A DNA stretch of 64,000 nucleotides from Nageia nagi (taxonomy: Eukaryota > Plantae > Pinophyta), in assembly GCA_050084985.1 (NCBI GenBank), contig JBITNC010000001.1, positions 110,484,001-110,548,000 of the forward strand, written 5' to 3'. Shown here in pieces: positions 13,990-26,400 of this stretch (its first letter is position 1; each line of letters begins with the position of its first letter). The translations under genes and the position numbers were made by a program. A model generated the notes under the pieces. The model was not told the DNA's origin, searched no databases, and saw nothing but the letters and a program-made list of their open reading frames with translations.

Positions 13990-14235
13990 GTTATGGGTTA
14001 GCATTAGGGTTAGGGGTTATGGGTTAGGGCTACAGGTTAGGGTTAAGGGTTATGTGTTAAGGTTAACATTAGGGGTTAGTGTTAGGGGTAGAGATTAGGG
14101 GTTAGTGTTAGGCATAGGGGTAGGGGTTAGGGGTTAGGGTTTAGGTTTGTCGGTTATGGGTTAGGGTTAGGGGTAAGGGTAGGGGTTATTGGTTATGGTT
14201 AGCATCAAGTATTAGTGTTTATGATAAGGGTTAGT
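13990..14235 (+). repeat. Degenerate telomere-like array (TTAGGG/TTAGGGG)n, G-strand on +
   Basis: Runs such as ggggttagggggttagggtttagg and gggttagggttaggggtaagggt. Confidence 0.9.
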
Positions 14236-14840
14236 TATTATAGTTTAAATATTAGTTTTTATTATTATTTTATTCATTATAGTTTAAATATTATTTTTTT
14301 AGGATTATGAGTTCACATTTATTATTTAACTAATTAAGTTATTTTAATTATAATGTAGGTAAGTGCTTCTATATTAACCATGCCATGCAAATAGAGGAAA
14401 TATGTGTCATAAGATGATGATGATGCCCATGAGCCATCAAATGATGAACTAGTATATATATCAGTAGATGATGTCTCATCAAATGATGATGACGATGTTA
14501 ATGAGGATGATATTAATGATGATATGAATGATGTTGATGATGATGTGGATGATGATTCTAATGAGGATGAGGTCTATATGTCTTTAATTAACACACATGC
14601 TATTATAATTATGGAAAATAGTAAAATTCATTTAAAATTTCACTTAAAGGATCTTGTTTGCAAATATGTAATTATATTTTAACATTGTGGTTTATGTTTT
14701 AGGAAGCAAATTAGAGAAATCATGAATATTATTCATCTTTAGAAGATGATTAAGATACGGAGGTAATTAGAATCAAAATTATAATTTCCTTTAAATTTTT
14801 ATCATATGTATTTTATTTATAATATTTTTGACTTAATTAG

Positions 14841-16020
14841 GCCCAACAAAAATACCTTGTATCCATAATTAAGACACAATGTAGAAGAGATCATGTTACC
14901 TCAGAGTTATGTCGAGCAAGATGTGCTTTTCTAGGACCTACACCAATTATTGATGGAGAGAAGATTGGATTTAATGCTACTCTCACTCTTTACTTCAATG
15001 CATCAGTTATATGTAGGTGTTCAATCTATAAGGGTTATAAAAAGCATCAACGAGAACTTGTAGAAGTATATTATTATATTCTTGATGAGTTTCCAAATAT
15101 AGATGAAAAAATACCCCCTACAGTTTCCAAATATAGATGGAAAAATACCCCCCTATAGTTTCCAAATATCCCATCAGTCTAGTTGAATCAACTATATGTC
15201 TTGATCATCTTCAAGAATTTTGACATGATGATATTATGGCACATAAGTTAGCTATAATATTTCTTGATTCATCAAATGAAGAAGGACATATTGTTGAAAT
15301 AGGAAGGGGAAGATCAAGACATTAAGGACAACATCACCAACCAGTACTAAATGTGGAGCCATATGTTCTACCATTAGAGGATGTTCATAATTTTTCCTTA
15401 CTAGATAAACTTGTAGCTTTGTATTAGACTTCATATGCATGTGAGACAATCAATGCATGGCCAACTAATGTACCTTTTTCAAAAGTTTATTAGGGATTCA
15501 ATTATTATAGAAATTCATACATCATAAACATTCTGATATAGATGGTAGTGGGATGGGTTTGTTTATTCAATCTCCTATAAAAGTTACTCTAGGTGTTGTG
15601 GTACTAGTATTGATGTCATTTTGTGGGCTAGTTTACAAAAGATCAAACTAGATTCAATTAGCAACATATAGGTTTAGTATGGCCATATATGGTTTGTGTG
15701 GAAATTCCCAATCAAAATAAGATATTTCAAAATGTGTCTACATTGATAGTCAGCAAAAGATAAATGGAAATATTGTAGGGTACATAAATAGTTCCAAAGT
15801 AAGATTATTTCCTTTGAATTATCAATTTCATGAATATGCAAATGATTATGAAACATTCATGAGTAGGAAATTGAAAATTTTTGTATGTGTAGTTCCTATT
15901 TGATCTCTCATGGTGGGAGATGAAATACTAGTGCACTACAATTATAATAGACCTATTCCTCCATATAACAGATATTTGGAGTTAGGAGGTCCTAGTAATA
16001 GTTGAATAATGTTGTAGTAG
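14841..16020 (+). pseudogene. Large decayed exon encoding a transposase-associated Cys motif plus a SET domain
   Basis: Follows an AG acceptor at 14840. Reads ...VICRCSIYKGYKKHQRELVE..., then SYII(K)HSDIDGSGMGLF (15514-15564), LMSFCG, VYIDSQQKINGNIVGYINSS (~15735-15795) and VCVVPI*SLMVGDEILVHYNY (15883-15945). The in-frame stops in the SET frame (TAG ~15649, TAA 15718, TGA 15901) are each one transition from TGG/CAA/CGA. Confidence 0.8.
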
Positions 16021-16375
16021 GCAATTTATGACTCCTTTTTGGTACTCAATTCATTGTTTATTTAAAAAATGCAATGAAGGTTGGTTAGCAAAGATATATG
16101 TAATGGATGTTATTAAACATTGCTTGCTAAAACTATTGATATTAATCCATTATTTAGAGTTGCTTGTTCAAATTAATAAAGTTATTTGTTGAAGTTGTTG
16201 AATTTTATTGAAAGTTAATTAGTAGTTGAAATTATTAGTGCTAATTTTTTCTTACAATTTTGATATATATTAAGATACACTTGTTAGAATGTTATATTTT
16301 GATACAATTAATGTTACTCATTGTCCATCTATTATATTTTGATACAATTTTCATTAGTAACAACTATTTTGATAG

Positions 16376-19300
16376 GAACATGATGAGAACCCAAATGTAA
16401 TAACTTATGTACCATGTGTGAATCATGAAAGAATAAAGTATCATAAAAGGAGTAAACTATAAAGTATACTAAGTGAAGAAGCATATGAACATTTCCTCAT
16501 AGACCCCAATCCAATAGCTCCAGTTAAGATACACATGGATTTTGATAAAAGTGATAATGATGAAGGAGAGGACAATGTCCCACAAGATGAACATAGGACA
16601 TTGGATGATGTGATTGAGTTAATTTTTCCAAATAAAAATGATGATGTGGATATGGATGATACTCATACATAGGATGATGTGTTTGAGCATGACACTTTGT
16701 ATAGTGCTTCGAAAACCCCCTTATATGAAGGAGCACATGTTACCAAGTTATTGATGACCTTACTACTAATGACTTTAAGAACAAACTATGGATGGTCAGA
16801 TACAAGTTTTCATGCTTTATTGGCATATGTATTTTTTCTAATATTTTACTTCATATAAATTTATATGAAGTAAAATATGAATTTAATTAATAAATTCCAC
16901 TCTACCATACTGGATGTAGGGGTAGAGTGGAATTTATATGATACTTGTATTAAGAATTGCATATTATATAGAGGATGCTTTGAAACATTGATAAAATTTC
17001 CAAAGTGTGGTTCAGAAAGATACCACTTTGAACTCAAGGGTCTATTATTCCTCAAAATGTTTTTCAACATATGTTAATAATTCTTTGATTATGTATATTA
17101 TTTTGATGTAATTCCATTTCATAATATATGGATTGACATGCAAAAAATATAAGTGAAGAAGGTGTGTTACGTATTCTTGTAGATAGTAGAATAATGAAAC
17201 ATATCGAAAATACATGGCTTGATAAATTTTAGAATGAACCTAGGAGTGTCAGATTAGGTTTTTCATTTGATGGTATCAATTCATTTTCCATACAATCATC
17301 TCATTATACAATTTGGCCTATTGTTGTACTCACTTATAACATACCACCATGGATGACTATGAAAAAAGAACATATGATGTTGATTGTTATAGTCCTTGAA
17401 ATACATAAAGTGAAAAATGTGGATGTCTTCCTAGAGCTAGTAATTGATGAATTGATGCAACTTTGGAATGGAATTCAAAATATGGTTGACAGAAATAGAC
17501 CTATCTAACAAATATCATTCATAATGTACTACATGACTATCTAGGACTTAAGGTTTATTCAGGTATTATAAACTTTTTATTACATGTACATTTATAAAAT
17601 AATAATATATTGTAATATTTTGTTTTATTTTAATAGATAATATTGTTGTATTCTCTAATAAAATTGATTTTAGGCTTTCATGTTGCAAGTTATCATGCAT
17701 GTCATGAGTATGCAAAAAATATCCCAACATATTGATATTCTAATCACTTAAAAAAGGATGAATACCTTTGCAATAAAAATATTTACCAATGGATCATAAA
17801 TTTCAAACAATGAAATCTAAGTTCAATTATCAAGATGATTTCACCCCCATTCCTCAACCTGCATCTCTTAGGTATTGGTTTGAAAAGTATAAAGAATGAG
17901 AAGAAATATGTTTGATTAAGGCCTTTGAGGATGGTATAGTTAAATGTCCAAATGAGGTTATTATTGGCAAAGATGATCTACCACTTGGTGAAATTTAACA
18001 ATGTATATCAAAATATTTATTAATTTGATAGTATTTTGCAGTATTCTAATTTACCAATTGAATGATTAATTTTATATATACTATTTTAGGCATGAACCGA
18101 CTAGCAATACTTTGAAAACTACCATATTGGAAGAACCTATTAGTGGTACATTTAATAGATCCTATTCAAGTTGTAAAGAATTTAGCACATTGGTTGTATT
18201 GGTATATAACTAAAAAATTCTTAGATACTATTGCATTTAGATAGGACTTAGAAGATACCAATACCAAGAAAGATTTGTGGATCAAATATGATGCAAATGG
18301 GAAGGTGCTCACACCACCTACTTTCCCATGGCTTATGAAATGAGGAGAATTGAATGAAGTAGAAAATATTCTAAAAATTATTAGAACACTAATGGGGTAT
18401 TAATCTATCTAAAAAATGCATTCACTATTAATGGGAAACTTATAGGATTAAAGTATCATGACTACCACAACTTCTTGAAGGCATGATTTTCATGTTACAT
18501 GCATTTTTTATTGATATAATAAACTTATAACAATTTTAAAGTTGCACTAGTATGTACATATTCATTAATTTATAGCATATTTTTCCAATTGCAATTCATG
18601 GATGTCTGAGTTTACCTCTTGATCTAAGAACAATAATTGGTCAACTATCATTATTTTTAAGGTATATGATAAAATCAATATTTTTTATTATTAGTTTTTA
18701 ATTTTTTATATGCATATATGGTGACATATTATAATTTTTTGAATGATGGCATTTTTCATAAATAGGTGGTTAACTTGAAAGGACATACATGTGGTTGAAA
18801 TAAGTAGATGGCATAGAGAAGCTATAGAGATTATATGTAGATTTGAAAAGGAAATGCTAGCTACTTTTATGATGATTCAAATCACTTATTGATACACCTT
18901 GTACATGATGTCGAAACAATAGATGTTGTAAGTAGTAGAAACATGTTTTTTGTTGAGAGATATTTAAAAGAGCTAAAGGATTTGTTAGACAAAGGGCATG
19001 ATTATAAGGATCCATGGGTGAGGGGTATATTGCAAGTGAATCTTTATTCTATGCATCTAAATATGTTTCCCAAATCCATCCTAGAACACCAAATATGTGG
19101 GATGTGGATAAAGATAAAGACAAATTAAAAGGGGAGGTTTTAGAAACAAAAGGGAAATAATTTTCTGTTAAAGATACCAAGTACATTAATATTTTATATT
19201 CAGCTACTAACTTAAAATAATTCATACATGATGCAATAATTTGGATATTTTCATGTAATCAATAACTACTTATAATGAGTTTATATGATATCATTTTCAA

Positions 19301-20175
19301 ATATAAGTCATGAGTTGTATAAATCTTTGAACAATTTTATCATGATGAATATGGAATGTTGCAAAGAGTATATTGCATTGCATAATAGTAAAAAAGCACA
19401 ATTACATAAGAATATCATGCATTTTGTAATACCAATCCAAGGACCCCTATACCTATACATTTGAGAGACCATAGTTGGCTAAAAGAGTGTCCATGATCAT
19501 GGCTGAAGGATACAATTGAAGAAAAAGAAAGTAAAGATGAAAATGTAGATGAAGATGCATCCAATATAGTAATTAGATGTAATTCAATAGTAATTATTTT
19601 TTTATTCATATGCATTTGGTTTTAGATATTTTAGAAAAACTATAGTTGCTTCATTCATAAATAAAATGATTGTACTAATGTCATTTTCATGAAAATGTAT
19701 ATGCAGGCATTATCTTTCCCAAGAATGTGGGCATATGGTCAACACTTTAGAATTGAAAAGAATGATGAGAAAAAAATCACATTTTACTATGGAGTGGTGG
19801 TTGATTTTGAAAAAGCAAGTCATGCAAGTGTAAAAGATACAAATTGGATTGAAAGAAGCTTAGATTATTATGGAAAAATTTAAGAAATTATTGAATTGAA
19901 TTAGGTCATTCAAGTGTTTCATGTTAAGATGTAAATGGTATCAAAGATCAATCATGCATGATGCTCCTAATAATTATATTGCAATTGATTCCACAAATTA
20001 GCTACCTAAATATGAAGAACCTTATGTCTTATCACAACATTGTGATCAAATATATTTTATTCTAGATATATTGGATAAAAATGTGGTTTGTAATCAAGTG
20101 TGCTCCTAGAGGAAGACACATTGTACATTCTATTCTTAATACTGAACTCAATGATACTATCAAAGAAGATATTTG
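16376..20175 (+). pseudogene. CACTA TnpD/Tnp2 transposase pseudogene (Transposase_21 + DUF4218 + DUF4216-like), intron-containing
   Basis: PLYEG..YGWSDTSFHALL, EPRSVRLGFSFDGINSF..WPIVVLTYNIPPW, LPYWKNLL..HLIDPIQVVKN, GLKYHDYH, IHLVH..MFFVERYLKELK, DYYGKI*EIIEL, LRCKWY and EEPYVLSQHCDQ. AT-rich GT-AG gaps separate the motif blocks. Confidence 0.9.
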
Positions 20176-20399
20176 AATTGTTAATAAATTGATATTATGA
20201 ACAAATTTAATATTATCATATTGATCAATAATGTTTTTATGGATGCTCACACACTTGTATGTTATGTATAATTATATTTCATTATATATATATATATATA
20301 TACATATATATCATGGATGTTATGTACATTGTATTTCATGATAAGCGTATTATTTATAATATTATTACAGTAGATAATTAATGAAAAAATGGACATATG

Positions 20400-20692
20400 A
20401 CTCTTAACCCCTAATGCTAACCATAACACCTAACCCTAACCCCTAACCCTTACCCCTAATACTAACCCTAACACATAACCCTTACCCCTATTGCTAACCC
20501 ATATATAACCCTTAATGTACCATAAACCTTAACCCTAACCCCTAATGTTAACCCTTAACCCTAACCCTTAACTCTAACCCTCATGCTAACCCTAACACAT
20601 AACCCTAAACCCTTACCCTTAACCTTAATTACCCCCTATAATTCGTAACCCTAACCATTGACTCTAGTCCTTAACCCTTGACACTAACCCTT
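20400..20692 (-). repeat. Degenerate telomere-like array (CCCTAA)n on +, inverted relative to 13990-14235
   Basis: Runs such as taaccctaaccctaaacccttacccctaat and aaccttaaccctaacccctaat. Confidence 0.9.
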
Positions 20693-20694
20693 AA

Positions 20695-21025
20695 TAGAGT
20701 TAGAAAAGAGTGAGAAATAGAGTTAAAAAATAGTTTGAAATAGCTTTAGAAATAGAATCAGAATGTAATGATCTTACAATCAGGAATAGATTTAGTATGA
20801 AATCAAAATAAAAACTAGTTTAGAGTCATAAATAATGTAAGGCATCAAGATTAAAACTAATTTAGAGTTAGAAATAGAGTTATAATGGCATCAAATTCTA
20901 GTTATATTAGAGTCAAAATAGCATCAACATGGTAGCATCAGATATAGACTTAGACTAAAATTATAGGGAAAAAATAATTAGAGTAAAGAATAGAGTCAGA
21001 ATGGTGTAAGACATGGAGTTAGAAA
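20695..21025 (+). repeat. Right subterminal repeat cluster (TAGAGTTAGAAA / AGAGTCA)
   Basis: Same motif family as 11470-12030. Confidence 0.72.
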
Positions 21026-21159
21026 GTTGTCAAAAATGGAATTTGTTAAGAACTAATGCTTTTCTAATAATTATTGATGCAAATGGCATCAAAACAATCA
21101 TGAATTTTATTTCTAACACTATTTCCAACTCTAAAAATGCATATTCTAGAGTAATTTAA

Positions 21160-21500
21160 AGATATAAGGATCAAAAGAATATTTAACAAAATGCATGATG
21201 GAAAGAAAATTTCATGGAATACAATGATCATAGGATATGCACAAAATGGGTTTTCTAAAAAGAATCTAGCATGATACCACATAATTTTATGGATTGTAAT
21301 GATCATAAGGTACACACTAAATATATTGCATCTTATGTTGTACTTTAAAAGTCCTTGATGTGATGAAGCACTTGGGAATCAACCCTAACAACATAACCTT
21401 TGTATGTGTTCTACTTGCATGTAGCCATGGAGGTCTAATAGATGAGTGTTGTAAGGAATTTAATACAATAAGTGACTTTTATTGAATTATTTTTTAGATG
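21160..21500 (+). pseudogene. PLS/E-class pentatricopeptide repeat (PPR) gene relic
   Basis: IFNKMHDGKKISWNTMIIGYAQNGF and MKHLGINPNNITFVCVLLACSHGGLIDE (L2 motif), leading into MNHYTYIVDLLGH (S2). Confidence 0.88.
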
Positions 21501-23270
21501 AATCATTATACATATATTGTTGACCTTCTTGGCCATGTAGAATATCCTCAAGGAGCTTTGAATTTAATTTTCAAAATACCCACAAAACCTAAATTAGGTA
21601 TGTGGATGTACATCTACTTAGTTCTTGTAAATAATTATTGTGGTTTTGAATGCCTTGATAGATATGTATCCAAAATGTTAATCAAACCCTTACAACATGA
21701 GGGACACTTATTATATTATTAATAAGATGAATAATTATATATGCATTGTTTACCTTCTTGATCATACAAGCTATCCTTAAGGACCTTTGAAATTCATTGC
21801 TAAAATACCCATAAAACTTGAATTGGGTGTATGGATGTATCTATGTGGTGCTTGTAAATCAAATCTAGTTTTGAAGGCCCTCATAGATATATATTTAAAA
21901 TGTGAAACAAACCCTTATAGCATGAAAGAATCTTATTGTATTATTCCTAATATGAATAATTATACATGCATTGTTGATCTTCTTGACCATGCAGGCTATC
22001 CTAAAGGCGCTTTGCACTTCATTACAAAAATACCCATAAAACTTGAATTGGGTATATGGATGGTTCTACTTGGTACTTGTAAATTGAATGATATGATTTT
22101 GAATGCCTTGATAGATATTTATGTAAAATGTAGAACAAACCCTTCTAACATGAGGGAATCTTATTATATTATTCCATGGGATGAATAATTATACATGCAT
22201 TGCTGATCTTCTTGATCATCTATGCTATTCTTAGGCAACTTTGAACTACATTACTAAAATACCCATAAAATCTAAATTGGGTATGTGGATTTATTTATTT
22301 GGTGCTTATAGATTGAATGTTGAGGTTTTGAATGCCCAAATAGACATGTACATGAAATATAAATAAACCTTTACAACATGAGAGAATCCTATTGCATTAT
22401 TCTTGAGATGAATCACTATACATATATTATCAATCTTCTTAGTTGTGTAGGCTATCATGAGGTAAATTTAAACTTCATTACCTAAATACTTATAAAATCT
22501 AAATTAAGTGTGTGGATGTGTATACTTGGTGGTCATAAATTAATTATTATGGATTTTAATGACCAAATAGACATATTTGTAAAATATGAAAAAATTCCTT
22601 ACAACATGAAATACTCTTATTACATTATTCTAGATATGAATCATTATACATGCAATGGTTACATTCTTGGTCATGCAAGCTAGCCTAAAAGAACTTTGAA
22701 CTTCATTTCCAAAATACCCATAAAACCTAAATTGGGTGTGTAGATGTATCTACTTGATGCTTGTAAATTACATGTTATGGTTTTGAATGCCCTGATAGAC
22801 ATGTATGCAAAATATAGACAAAACCATTACAACATTTGGGAATCTTATTACATTATTCCTAGGATGAATTATTATACATACATTATTGATCTTCCTAGCC
22901 ATAAAGGATATCCTTAGGGATATTTGAACTTCATTTCCAAAATATCAATAAAACCTAAAGTGGATGTGTCTACTTGGTACTTGTAAATCAAATGTTTTGG
23001 TTTTGAATGCCTTGCTAGACATGTATGCAAAATATGAAATAAACCCCTATAGAATGAGGGGAACTTATTATATATTCCTAGGATGAATCATTATACATAC
23101 ATTATTAACCTTCTTGGCTATCCAGGCTATCCTTAAGGAGATTTGAACTTCATCATAAAAAAACACATAAGGCCTTACTTAGGTGTGTAGATGTGTCTAC
23201 TTGGTCCTTGTAAATCAAATGTTATAGTTTTTAATTCCTTGATAGATATGTATGCAAAATATGAAAGAAT
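21498..23270 (+). repeat. Tandem array of ~8 PPR-derived ~228-bp units
   Basis: ATGAAT[CA]ATTATA recurs at ~21498, 21726, 21952, 22180, 22408, 22636, 22863 and 23082. Each unit is MNHYTCIVDLL..IPIKP / LGVWM.LLGAC / NALIDMYAK / NPYSMRESYCIIP. Confidence 0.93.
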
Positions 23271-23408
23271 ACACATAGCTTGGAATTATATGATTAATAA
23301 TATGTATGATGCAAACATAGTTTCATAATATGCAATGATTGTAAGATACATACAAAATGGGTTTTATGAAAATAGCCCTAGATACTTTTATTCTAGAACC
23401 ATTATAAT

Positions 23409-26400
23409 TGTCATAGCCCAAATCCACTCTAGATTTTCCTTAGTGTGTTTTGTTGTAGTTTAAGTGTGAAATGAGACATTGCTTATATATTATTTGAATA
23501 AAATGCTTGATAATATTTTATTTATTAAAGTTATGAAATCTTAGTTAAGGATAATGATTACTTATCCTACCTATATGTATATGTTACTACTGCAAGTGGT
23601 TTTGTGATGTGTAGGTGATAGGTAATGGAAGGTGGGATGCTTTTGAATGGTTTGGAAATGAATGATTACCAATAATTCTCTATGATCATATATACGATCA
23701 ATACATTAGGACAATTGGATAATTGATTGCACACATACATAGTAGCATAGGGCAAGATAAGCTCCCTAGGATTGCTAATGTGTGTTTATGATTGCCTAGT
23801 GTTCTTTAATTTGAGTTGAAAATAATTTTTATACCTTAAAGTATTGGTAAGGATATTAGTATAATTATCTAAGGACCCATAATAATTAAATTAAAGGGTA
23901 AACATAATTAAGGAAACTAATTGGGTAGGAAAAAGGTAAAGCTTAAGTATTTAAATTTATGTATTTAAGTATTTTGTAAGAATATGTATGTATTACTTCT
24001 TAATTATTAATTAAAATTGATTAATAATAAAGAATAGTCATACATAACATTAAATATTATTATTTAGCTTAAAATAAATAAATTAAGCTAGATAAATTAT
24101 GATTCATTGATTGATAAAGGCTAGAGTTAACTAAGCATTTAAAATATTATTTATAATTAAATAATATTTATTATACCTGATTAGCATGAGGTATCTCAGT
24201 TTTAGCTATTGTGTCCTAGTTACAAGTTAGGTTTGCCAGTGTTAAATTATGGTGTGTAAGTGGAACTTAGTCCACTGGGGTTTCGATTGATGACTAAGTG
24301 GGAAGATATTTCCACTTAGGAATTAAATTTCACTCACTTGAGTTTAAGTGGTGTTATCACTCCCCCTTATTTTTTAAGCCTATCCCTAGTTGAAAAATAT
24401 AAATAGAACCATAGGATGGAGCTTTTGATCATAGTTATTTTTTCATTAATTTTGGATGAGCAAAGTTTTACAATTTTTGAGCCAAGTCCTTCAAAAATTA
24501 CGAGATTTAATGATGTTTGCCTCTTATGTTTATCTGCTTCTCTATATTTCTATGAAAGCTTTATTATTTTAGGCATTTGATAAAATAATAATATTTGTTT
24601 TCATTGCTAAATTATGATTTGTTAAGGATTTAGTTTATTTCCATGCTAGAATGTTCCCTTTAAAAAGGCTAATGGTTTTGAAATTCGTGTATAGTTTTGG
24701 TATGAGTTTTTATGATTTTTACAATAGCCTTTTAAAGTTAAAACCCTTATTAATACTTTTGGGTTGTAAACATAAATATTTAGAGAAAATATTTATGTTA
24801 ATAAAATATTAGAAACTCCTCATACACCTTCTTATTTTTAAATTCCTCTTTGGTTTTAAGCCTACCTTGAAACTTGTGAGAAGAACATTCCTCTAGGTGC
24901 TTATAGGATTAGGGGAAGAGGTTTTATATTTAATTCTTACAATTCATGGAATATTATTTTATCCTTTTTTTCTTTTTGTAAAATAGTTTAAAGGAGGAAT
25001 TATTATGTTTAATTGGCTTGAAAATCCTTTGCAGGATATACATGGGCTTAAAGGGCCTTAATGGCCAACATATGGGATTAGGAGGGTTTGGGGGAACCAC
25101 ATGGGTCTTGGGGCTCTCCCAAGCCAATGTGAGGCCCATGGTCCCCTCTCCATTTCTTCCTCCATGGGAGGAATCTTTGGGGATATGTGAGGCTATGGGA
25201 GCCTATGTCATCCCATTTTACCCCCCTTATGCCTTTTTACTGTGTCTAACATTTGGGAGTGGGTCTTGGAACCTATGAGGCCTTTGAATTTTACCTCATG
25301 TTCTATGCATACCTTGGCCTTGTTTTACATGCAGAGTCTAGGATTTGGTAGGAGAATGCAAGTCTATTTTATCTAGGAAAATATTAAAAGAACTTTCTTA
25401 TTATTTGTTATTATATTATTATGTTAATGACATATTAGAGTGTTTTAATTCTAAATTGAAATAAGATTTATTTTAATTTGGAATTAAATACAAAGTTTAT
25501 GGTTAATTTTTGAAATGTCAAATGTGGTTTTATGGAAAGGTATGTAATATATGTATATTAGGATGTTTCTTTTATTTTAAAATATAGGTGCAATATTTTA
25601 AAATAAAGGATGTGGTATTATCTTAAAATATAAATAAATATTTTTAATAGTGTGCTATCATTTTAAAAATAGGGTAGTATTTTAAAAATGGAGTTGAGAT
25701 TATTATTTTAGGATATTATTATTGTATTCTAAAATAGAGCTTAGTGTCTTATTTTTAAATATGGTAGACATTTTTAAATTATAGTTGTTGATGAGAATTG
25801 ATGTTTTAAAATAAATATATTTGATTGTTTTAAAATGTGAGTTTACATTTAGAGTTCATAGAGTTGTTGGAATCTTTCCTTAAAATGGAAAAGCATGTAG
25901 TTACATTTTAGAGGAAACCCAAGATTGTATCTAATCAACTATTCTTGAGCTACCTTCAAATCTAAAGGAGTAAAGCCTTCTTTATATTGCGAGAAAGGAG
26001 GTTGTTAAATAGTTACCATGGGTTTTAAATTCATTGTACTTGCTAGTTGATTTGTGGAAATAAATAGCAAGGCTATTGTTGTAACAAGATTTGAAAAGAA
26101 TTATCACTTCATTATTTGGGATGATTGTGCTATTATGATTATTGTACAAGTTGATATTTTGCTATTGTCAAAGATGTTAAGTGTTATTATTTTATTAAAT
26201 AATAGTTTAGTAAATAAATTACCTTACTTGAATGTGATATTGCTTAGTACTTTATGATGATTACTTGATTTAAAATTTTTAGTTATATTATGATGTTAGG
26301 ACCTAAATCCCTTGTCTATAAGTAATGTATTTTATTTGTGAATGGTTTATCCTTAGGTTTTAGTAGGTCTTTGTTTGATGTTTAAACCTAAGTATGGACC

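Larger units (their letters stand above)
11450..21058 (+). mobile_element. CACTA (En/Spm) superfamily DNA transposon, decayed; exact ends not resolved
   Basis: Tnp2 transposase motifs at 16700-20110. Dense AGAGTCA/AGAGTTAG subterminal repeats at both ends (11470-12030, 20695-21025). Intact CACTA termini are not recognisable (possible decayed TAATG at 21054-21058). Confidence 0.82.

Noticed and set aside
13990-14235. True chromosome end or ancient telomere fusion point
   Set aside because: The arrays are short, degenerate and embedded symmetrically within a transposon, next to its subterminal motifs.
21498-23270. CRISPR-like or functional PPR gene interpretation of the array
   Set aside because: No repeat-spacer alternation, eukaryotic context, and most units carry stops or frameshifts.
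25018-25278. 86-aa ORF and its twin at 31808-32059, plus 26054/32846 and the antisense ORFs
   Set aside because: They lie inside the two LTRs, start at TTG/GTG or are antisense, and are duplicated only because the LTR is.
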